The notes under the pieces were generated by a model that was not told the origin of the DNA, did no database searches, and worked only from the letters and a program-made list of their open reading frames with translations. A DNA stretch of 48,091 nt, taken from positions 1 through 48,091 of the forward strand of contig CAYMLS010000002.1 in assembly GCA_964390665.1 (NCBI GenBank), written 5' to 3'. The translations under genes were made by a program, and so were the position numbers. Numbering within the stretch: position 1 is the stretch's first letter; every line of letters starts with the position of its first letter. Shown piece by piece: positions 28,388-35,457 of this stretch. The DNA comes from an uncultured Bacteroidales bacterium. Lineage in GTDB: Bacteria > Bacteroidota > Bacteroidia > Bacteroidales > UBA7960.

Positions 28388-29116
28388 TTATTCCTGTTTC
28401 CTGAAAATCATATACCAGTTGATATAATGAATTTTAGAATCAGGTTTTTGTAATTCTTCCTTGTCTTCCTTTGTAAGAATGGGTATCATAACATCCTGGC
28501 CTGGTTGCCAATCAGACGGGATCACGATATTATCTTTGTTTTGCTGGGTTTGCAGTGCTTTTAAAGTTCTGAGGATTTCTCCGGCATTACGACCCACCTC
28601 ATTGGGGTAAAACTGAAAAGCCCTGATCTCGTTGTCGGGATCCACGAAAAATACGCCCCTTATACTTTGCCCGTTGCCGGTTTTTGAATCAATCATACCA
28701 TAGCTGTGGGAAATCACCGCGGAACTGTCCACCACAAAAGGAAAGTCAATTTTAACCGGATTTCTGCCTTTGTAAGGGATGGATTCCATCTCTGCTTTCC
28801 AGCTTTTGTGTGAAGCCATCCTGTCTACAGAGATCACCAGCAGTTGTGTTCCCAACTCCCTGAACTCATCCTGTCGGTATGCAAGTTCCAGAATTTCTGA
28901 CGAACACACAGGAGTGAAATCACGCGGATGAGCAAAAAGAATTTTCCAACTCTCCCCAAAATCTTCCGGGAAGGAAATGGGTCCGTTGGTGGATGAACTT
29001 TTAAATGCAGGTGCCTTGGAACCGAGCAAAGGTATGCGTTGATCGTTTGCATGCTGAGCCAACGTTATGTTAAAGAAAAAGAGCATTGCCCCTAAGTTGA
29101 GAATCATATTTTTCAT
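28388..29116 (-). CDS. Peroxiredoxin (Prx6/1-Cys-like AhpC/TSA family) with an N-terminal signal peptide
   Basis: HPRDFTPVCSSE peroxidatic-Cys motif. The N-terminus MKNMILNLGAMLFFFNITLAQ looks like a cleavable signal peptide. It ends 14 nt upstream of the OM barrel gene. Confidence 0.8.
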   Translation of the reverse strand: MKNMILNLGAMLFFFNITLAQHANDQRIPLLGSKAPAFKSSSTNGPISFPEDFGESWKILFAHPRDFTPVCSSEILELAYRQDEFRELGTQLLVISVDRMASHKSWKAEMESIPYKGRNPVKIDFPFVVDSSAVISHSYGMIDSKTGNGQSIRGVFFVDPDNEIRAFQFYPNEVGRNAGEILRTLKALQTQQNKDNIVIPSDWQPGQDVMIPILTKEDKEELQKPDSKIHYINWYMIFRKQE

Positions 29117-29137
29117 GAGTGTTATTGCTTTATATCA

Positions 29138-29303
29138 TTTTATCTGTTTATAATTTTATTAAATAGATCCCCGTTCTTTTCTTACGGGGGAGCTCGCCAA
29201 CACGCTGACTGCATGTTTTACCATGTCACGAATTGTACTTCTCCGCGTGTACTTCGACATGCTCAGCAGAACTGTGTCAAAATTTTTGTCATGGCTCGGT
29301 TCA
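29138..29303 (-). repeat. Family-1 intergenic element, copy E (with a ~22-nt internal insertion)
   Basis: It has the same ends and the CCCCGT/ACGGGG hairpin as copy D. There is an extra ACTTCGACATGCTCAGCAGAAC-like segment before GTGTCAAAATTTTTGTCATGGCTCGGTTCA. It lies 22 nt upstream of the peroxiredoxin ATG. Confidence 0.85.
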
Positions 29304-29378
29304 TTTATGAACAGGATTATCGCTTTTAATCCTGATTGGGAATTGTCAGCTAAATTACTCCGCACGAAATGGCAAAGG

Positions 29379-29408
29379 GCAGGATTAATCTCGCATAGAA
29401 TTGGACAA
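29379..29408 (-). promoter_or_regulatory. Motif-3 site i (GTCCAAT-N14-ATCCTGC on the minus strand)
   Basis: The plus strand reads GGCAGGATTAATCTCGCATAGAATTGGACAAA. It lies upstream of the peroxiredoxin/OM-barrel operon, 263 nt from the ATG, or 97 nt if the 166-nt copy E is subtracted. Confidence 0.5.
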
Positions 29409-29507
29409 AAAGTGCATAGGGTGGGGAAAATGGTTTCATATTGATGAATTGCTTGCCCCTGATGCGAATAATGTGAACATTCAATGAAATAAAAATGAAG
29501 GTTTTTA

Positions 29508-30065
29508 TTATTTGACCGTCTTCCTCAACTTGATCAATCTCCCATACGTAAGTTGCCGCCATATCCATTCCACGGGTCCGAAACGGAAATACCGGAGCCA
29601 GATGGTGCTGAAGAGTATCTGCCAGATATATAAGGTTAGGACGAAAATGATAACAGAGGTATACCCAAACGACATGGCAAATCCTAATCCCACCCCGTAA
29701 AAAACAAAAATACTGATGATGCTTTGAAACAGATAATTGGAAAGGGCAGTGCGCCCCACAGCTGCAAACCAGTTCAGCCAACCACTGCGGTGGGTAACAA
29801 TGAGCGCAACGATGCCGCAATAAGCCAGTGCCATAGGTGTAAGTGCCAGGGCATTAAGCATATATTCCAGAAATTGACGCAATGCACCGTTCATAAAGCC
29901 AAACTCTATCCAGGCACGCAGCAAATTCATGGGCAATCCAATGACCAGACCCCAGAGGATGATCTTTTCAATCAGGGGAGTATTGGAAAGAATATTGTTT
30001 TCAAGTATTTGCCTGCCCACATAAATGCCGAGCAGAAACAAAAGAGTTATAAGATTGATCTTCAA
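29508..30065 (-). pseudogene. Truncated 3' copy of the DUF418/YeiB-like gene (C-terminal ~173 codons)
   Basis: Nucleotides 29519-30038 match 41571-42090 with one mismatch seen (29534 T versus 41586 C). The ORF acquires a novel 12-aa N-terminus and a 4-aa longer C-terminus. Confidence 0.85.
29519..30038. repeat. Left copy of the 520-bp direct repeat (period 12,052 bp)
   Basis: Base-by-base reading shows identity to 41571-42090 except 29534 T/C. Homology breaks sharply at both ends. Confidence 0.9.
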
Positions 30066-30357
30066 ACTTTTAAAAAAATTATAAAACTCAGGTTTTAAAT
30101 CTTCAAAAAATTAAACCCGGAAAATTATCACTCAGTAGATATGAGTTATATTTAAAGCAGTGATTTTTCCGTAGTATTTTTTACTATCACATTGTAGCAC
30201 TGTTACCTAAAATGCTAAATATCAACCATTAACCTTTGTACATAAATCATTCATTTACAGCAATTAACCATAAGTTAATTAACAATTTCTTAAGATTGAG
30301 TTTAAATCCACCAAATGATCAATATCTATTTTTACCTCTTAAAACAAATCGAACAAA

Positions 30358-30993
30358 ATGATAAAAATCATCATTGCCGACGATCATGCTGTGGTGCGCA
30401 CAGGACTTCAACTCATCTTTGATGGCACCAACGATTTGATGATTGAAGATGAATGTACCAATGGAAATGAACTCATCAGCAAGATAAAGGTAAAAGATTA
30501 TGATGTGGTGATTCTGGATATTTCTATGCCGGGAAAGGACGCCATGGATGTATTAAAAGAAATAAAGGTTTTCAAACCTAAAATTCCGGTTATCATCTTC
30601 ACCATGAATCCTGAGGAAACATTTGCCATACGATTTTTTCATAACGGAGCCTGGGCATTTATCAACAAAGAATCAGATCCATCACTTTTGGCACAAGCCA
30701 TAAGAACTGTAAACGCCGGACGTAAATTCTTCACCCAGCATCAGATGGAAATGATGAGTGCGTTGATGAGCGAAGGCAAAACCAATGAAAGCGACCACCA
30801 AAGTCTTACCGATCGAGAGTTTCAGGTGCTTCACCTTCTGGCATCCGGAGAAAGTTCAACTAATATTGCCAAAAAGCTCAATGTAAGCAAAAACACCATC
30901 AGCAATCACAGAAACAATATCCTGAAAAAAATGCAACTGAAAAACAATTCTGAACTCACCCGATACGCCATAACACACGGTATCATTAAATAA
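30358..30993 (+). CDS. NarL/FixJ-type response regulator (REC + LuxR HTH)
   Basis: 211 aa. IIIADDH and DVVILDISMPGKD mark the phospho-acceptor Asp context. The C-terminal LTDREFQVLHLLASGESSTNIAKKLNVSKNTISNHRNNILKKM is a LuxR-type HTH. Confidence 0.9.
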   Translation: MIKIIIADDHAVVRTGLQLIFDGTNDLMIEDECTNGNELISKIKVKDYDVVILDISMPGKDAMDVLKEIKVFKPKIPVIIFTMNPEETFAIRFFHNGAWAFINKESDPSLLAQAIRTVNAGRKFFTQHQMEMMSALMSEGKTNESDHQSLTDREFQVLHLLASGESSTNIAKKLNVSKNTISNHRNNILKKMQLKNNSELTRYAITHGIIK

Positions 30994-31031
30994 TTTCATT
31001 ATATCCTTTCCCGAAAAAATAAATTTCAATC

Positions 31032-33326
31032 ATGCATAAGTTTATTGTCATTTTTCTTTTCCTGAAAACGTTACTTCTTATCAGTTTGACCAATTTTCAG
31101 GAAAAAGAACATCAACTAACAGATGCAGAAAAGTCCTCATTAATACAGCAGGCAGAAGAATTGATTTTCCATCAGCCGGAGTATGCTATGAGAATAGCCC
31201 TTGATAGCGAAAAGCAATCGCGTAAAGACAACAATCACTTCATTCTGATTAAAAGTTGGTATATCCAGTCTCTTTATCACATCAATTCAGGAAATATCCA
31301 GCAGGCAAAAGGATTTGCCGAAAAGGCTATTGCCCTGTCACAGGAAATGAAATTCGACCGTTTATTGGTTGATGCCCACCTTTTAATGGGTGAGATCGTT
31401 TACAACGAAGGTCAATTCGAGAGATCAATGAAATATTTCCTGGATGCAACCAAACTTTCTAAAAAGATCAGATACAAGCAGGGTGAATCTTTTGGATTAA
31501 ATATGCTTGGTAAGTACCACTATTCTAAAGGAAATTATTCGAGAAGTCTCAACTATTTTCAGGAGGCAATGGCCATAGCCAAAGAGATCGGCAATCCAGA
31601 TCTTCAAATAAAAATACTGAACAATATTGGTAAATATTTTGAAACTCACGGCTTATTTAAAGAGGCACTGGAAAAGTATCTGTCAGGTTATGATCTAATT
31701 GATTCAACAAAAAATAAGGTTATTAAGGCAACCACCTATAATCATCTTGGAAATATTTATGACGAAACCGGAGACTATGAACAATCGCTTCGATTTCATA
31801 AAAAGGCGCTCAATCTTCGCAAGGAGATCAATTATGTGGAAGGAATGGCCAAATCAGATAAAAATATTGGTGAAGTTTTTCAGAAAAGCAACCAATTAGA
31901 TAGCGCAGAATACTATTATCAAAGGAGTTATAATACATGTAAAGCGATAAATTACAAAAAAGGCAAGATCAAAAGTCTTTTCCTTTTAGGTGAGATATAC
32001 CATCAGACAAACAGGCTAAATGAAGCTGAAAACGCCTACCTTGCATCTGTTGAAGAATCTGAGTCTATTGGATACCAGAAGGGTAACATGAAGATTTACC
32101 TGAACCTGGGAAGATTACAGAAAGAAACAGGAAATCCCCGTAAAGCAGAATATTATCTGAAAAAAGGGATAGAGAGCGCCAGGGAAGATACCTTAAACTC
32201 CATGCTCGAACCATTATACCGGGAAATAGCTCAAGTGCAAACAGACCTTCACAACTATCAAAAGTCTAACGAGTATCTCTTAAAATATGTGGCAACCAAA
32301 GAGTATATGCTGAACCATGAGAAAAACGAAAATGTGGAACAGTTGCGCATCGCTTTTGAAACCGACCTGAAAGAAAAAGAGAATAAAATACTACAGCAGG
32401 AAAACACACTGATGGCCCTGAATATGCAACGGAAAAACATACTCATACTTGTAACCGGTCTTATCCTTGTAATGCTCATTCTTTTCACCTTAATGACCTA
32501 CCAGAGGGTAAAATCCAAAGAACTCGCAAACCTTGAATTAGAAACCCTCAATAGTCATATCACACAAAAAAACGATCAACTTGCTCATCTAAACAAAGAA
32601 CTAGATCTGTCCAACAATGAAAAGGATAAATTTTTCTCCATCATAGCACACGAATTGCGCAACCCCCTTTGGTGGTTTAAGAATTTATCTGAAACACTAA
32701 GCACACGGTTCAATAATGGGGAAACCGATCGGGTAAAAATGCAAAAAGGACTGAATTCACTCAATGAGAGTGCTAAAACAGCGTTTCATCTGATCGACAA
32801 TCTGTTACAATGGTCGAAATCGCAGCTGGGCAGATTAACCTATCAACCTAAAACCTTCCGGATGAATGAATTGGTCAGGAAAACATTCAATTTGTTTCAA
32901 CCTGAACTGGAATCTAAGAATATTCGAACAAGAATTGACATTCAGGAAGATTCAATGGTTTATGTGGATCATGAGCAGATCAATACTGTGCTAAGAAATC
33001 TGATTTCCAACGCTATCAAATACACACCTGAAAATGGAACTATTGCCGTGTTTTCCGAAAAAAAAGATCAGTTTCTCAGGTTATGTATTCAGGATAACGG
33101 CATTGGTATTTCACCCGGGAACCAAAAGAAATTATTCGATCCGAAGATAGAATACACCACTCTTGGTTTGTATCAGGAAAAAGGAAGTGGGTTAGGATTG
33201 TTATTGTGCAAAGATTTCGTGGAAATGAACGGAGGCAATATTCGCATGGAAAGTGAGGAGGGAAAAGGAACCCGATTCTACTTTAGTGTTCCGCTCTCCA
33301 CAGAAAAGATACCAGAACCTGTATAA
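31032..33326 (+). CDS. TPR-repeat sensor histidine kinase
   Basis: 764 aa with the same architecture as 8693..10888. It has a signal/TM segment, TPR repeats, a TM helix (ILILVTGLILVMLILFTLMTY), a coiled coil, an H-box FFSIIAHELRNP and HATPase_c (NLISNAIKYT, DNGIGI, GSGLGL). It starts 38 nt after the response regulator. Confidence 0.88.
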   Translation: MHKFIVIFLFLKTLLLISLTNFQEKEHQLTDAEKSSLIQQAEELIFHQPEYAMRIALDSEKQSRKDNNHFILIKSWYIQSLYHINSGNIQQAKGFAEKAIALSQEMKFDRLLVDAHLLMGEIVYNEGQFERSMKYFLDATKLSKKIRYKQGESFGLNMLGKYHYSKGNYSRSLNYFQEAMAIAKEIGNPDLQIKILNNIGKYFETHGLFKEALEKYLSGYDLIDSTKNKVIKATTYNHLGNIYDETGDYEQSLRFHKKALNLRKEINYVEGMAKSDKNIGEVFQKSNQLDSAEYYYQRSYNTCKAINYKKGKIKSLFLLGEIYHQTNRLNEAENAYLASVEESESIGYQKGNMKIYLNLGRLQKETGNPRKAEYYLKKGIESAREDTLNSMLEPLYREIAQVQTDLHNYQKSNEYLLKYVATKEYMLNHEKNENVEQLRIAFETDLKEKENKILQQENTLMALNMQRKNILILVTGLILVMLILFTLMTYQRVKSKELANLELETLNSHITQKNDQLAHLNKELDLSNNEKDKFFSIIAHELRNPLWWFKNLSETLSTRFNNGETDRVKMQKGLNSLNESAKTAFHLIDNLLQWSKSQLGRLTYQPKTFRMNELVRKTFNLFQPELESKNIRTRIDIQEDSMVYVDHEQINTVLRNLISNAIKYTPENGTIAVFSEKKDQFLRLCIQDNGIGISPGNQKKLFDPKIEYTTLGLYQEKGSGLGLLLCKDFVEMNGGNIRMESEEGKGTRFYFSVPLSTEKIPEPV

Positions 33327-33601
33327 ACTTTCACTAAAAGAATTTCAATCTCCCAGACAAAAATCAGTGCACTATGAAAAAATCATTAACACACCTTTAG
33401 CACAAGCTTAAGTTTTCATTTTAAAAGTGGCGCCCGATCATCAGCAAATATTACAACGTGTTACAAATCAACATCCCTGAATAAAATAGTACTTTTCACT
33501 ATGCCTCGTCTATGAATCACACTATTGATAGATTACAGGAACCGAAATAATATTGCACTTCCAAAAACAAAATTTTCACACAAATCAAAAGACAAAGAAT
33601 T

Positions 33602-35308
33602 ATGAAAAAATTTCTACTTAATTTACTCCCCGCAGCGCTTATCTGCTTCTTGTGGGTAGAGGTATCAGCACAAAACGCCAAATTCGAAATTTACATCCAA
33701 AGTACCGGTGTTGTTTCCATCGAAGATGAAGACGACGAAGGCAACCCCATCACACTTACTTTTGATGCATCTACCGACGATGCAGAACAGGAAAATGATG
33801 AAGTTGACACAGCTTTTGACGACGATCTCGATGCAGGTTGGGAAGGTGCTCCTGAAGACCAGAACATTCTTACCATGGGATTGCGTTTCCGCGATATTTT
33901 TATCCCACAGGGTGCTACCATAGACTCTGCTTTTATCGTTTTAAACGCCCATGAAGGCAAAGATGCTGAAGACGTGGCACGTTTAACCATTTCCGCTGAA
34001 GCTGCAGACAGTGCAAGCACATTCGATGAAGAAAACTTCAACAACGAATATCTGCTCACCGACCGCCCAACAACCAATGCATCTGTATTATGGGAAGTTG
34101 CAGAAGAATGGGGCATCTGGGAATTTTACAGTACTCCTGATTTAAAAGACATTGTACAGGAAATCGTTGACCGTGATGGATGGAAAATGGGAAATCCCAT
34201 TGCATTTATCTTTGGTGGTGAAAACCAAGGACCAAGCGATGTGGACAATGCACGCGAATTCTGTTCTTATGAAAACATTGCCGACCCCGAAGATGGTGGC
34301 GACGGACAAAATCACCCCGAAAGAAGACCCAAATTTGTAGTTTATTACACTGCTCCCAGCTACGCCTATTCTTCTTACATCAAATCAACCGGATTTGTAA
34401 CCATCGAAGATGAAGACGATGATGGAAATCCTATAACCCTGACTTTCGATGCATCAACCGACGATGCTGAGCAGGAAAATGACGAAGTGGACACCGCTTT
34501 TGACGATGACCTCGATGCAGGATGGGAAGGTGCTCCCGAAGATCAGAATATTCTTACTACCGGATTACGTTTTACAAACATTTCAATACCCCAGGGCGCA
34601 ACCATTGAATCTGCTTACCTGGTTATGAATGCACACGAAGGCAAAGATGCTGAAGATGTGGCACGTATGACCATACAGGCGGAAGCAGCCGATAGTGCAT
34701 TTACTTTTGATGAAGAAAACTTCAACAACGATTATTTGCTTACCGATCGTCCGAAAACAAATGCTTCTGTCATGTGGGAAGTAGATGAAGCATGGGACAT
34801 CTGGGGTTTTTATGAATCTGTAGACTTTAGTGAGGTGATTCAGGAAGTTGTGGATCGTGAAGGTTGGAAACAGGGAAATGCCATTGCTTTGTTTTTGCAA
34901 GGTGAAAACCAGGGACCAAGCGATGTGGATAATGCCCGCGAATTCTGTTCGTATGAAAATATCGCCGATCCTGAAGATGGCGGTGACGGACAAAACCACC
35001 CCGAAAGAAGACCAAGACTGGTAATCAACTTCAGTCTGCCTACCGTTGGTGGAACACAAACCATCACACTATCAGATTCTGATATTACTGTATTCCCCAA
35101 TCCTTCCAATGGAATAATCAACGTTGAGATTAAAAACCAAAAACAGGCACAGATATTCATTTATGATCTTACCGGAAAAGTGGTTGCTTCTGATTTTGCA
35201 GGATCAACTCTGAATCAGATCAATGTGAGCAACCTCAACAAAGGTATTTATGTTCTCAAAGCCATACAGGGCGAAAATGCTTATGTTCAGAAAATTGTTG
35301 TTGAATAA
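33602..35308 (+). CDS. T9SS-secreted acidic protein with two 228-aa tandem repeats
   Basis: Signal peptide ending VSAQ. Repeat 1 is aa 31-258 and repeat 2 is aa 259-486, highly similar. The C-terminal ~75 aa (ITVFPNPSNGIINVE...GIYVLKA...QKIVVE) matches the T9SS type A sorting-domain pattern. Confidence 0.8.
   Translation: MKKFLLNLLPAALICFLWVEVSAQNAKFEIYIQSTGVVSIEDEDDEGNPITLTFDASTDDAEQENDEVDTAFDDDLDAGWEGAPEDQNILTMGLRFRDIFIPQGATIDSAFIVLNAHEGKDAEDVARLTISAEAADSASTFDEENFNNEYLLTDRPTTNASVLWEVAEEWGIWEFYSTPDLKDIVQEIVDRDGWKMGNPIAFIFGGENQGPSDVDNAREFCSYENIADPEDGGDGQNHPERRPKFVVYYTAPSYAYSSYIKSTGFVTIEDEDDDGNPITLTFDASTDDAEQENDEVDTAFDDDLDAGWEGAPEDQNILTTGLRFTNISIPQGATIESAYLVMNAHEGKDAEDVARMTIQAEAADSAFTFDEENFNNDYLLTDRPKTNASVMWEVDEAWDIWGFYESVDFSEVIQEVVDREGWKQGNAIALFLQGENQGPSDVDNAREFCSYENIADPEDGGDGQNHPERRPRLVINFSLPTVGGTQTITLSDSDITVFPNPSNGIINVEIKNQKQAQIFIYDLTGKVVASDFAGSTLNQINVSNLNKGIYVLKAIQGENAYVQKIVVE
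33692..35059 (+). repeat. Intragenic tandem duplication, 2 x 684 bp
   Basis: Y31 (33692) aligns with Y259 (34376), giving a period of 684 nt. There are long identical peptide runs (NPITLTFDASTDDAEQENDEVDTAFDDDLDAGWEGAPEDQNILT) despite many third-position nucleotide differences. Confidence 0.9.
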
Positions 35309-35328
35309 TTTCCTTAACAAATAAATAC

Positions 35329-35376
35329 AATCTGCCTGATGAAAGCAACAGGTCTTTCTCAGGCAGATTTTCTCTT
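35329..35376 (+). terminator. Rho-independent terminator after the T9SS protein gene
   Basis: 11-bp stem AATCTGCCTGA/TCAGGCAGATT (35329-35339 / 35359-35369) followed by TTTCTCTT. Confidence 0.65.
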
Positions 35377-35457
35377 ATCGACCCAATATTCCATCAAATT
35401 ACACTGCAAACAAAAACCCTTAACTACACGAATTAACGCAAAACCTCAACTCAAGTC

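Noticed and set aside
7770-29290. TTGACA ... TATAAT hexamers inside family-1 copies as bona fide sigma-70 promoters.
   Set aside because: The spacer is 14 nt (37 nt in copy E), outside the functional 16-18 nt range. Bacteroidota sigma-A uses TTTG / TAnnTTTG instead. I report this as an observation within finding 1, not as a promoter feature.
29350-29820. ORF 29350..29820 and its twin 41498..41872 (MRHRCAHCYPPQW...), which look like a duplicated Cys-rich protein.
   Set aside because: They are alternative-frame readings of the duplicated DUF418 3' segment. The DUF418 frame gives coherent TM helices, and the identity is a by-product of the 520-bp DNA repeat.
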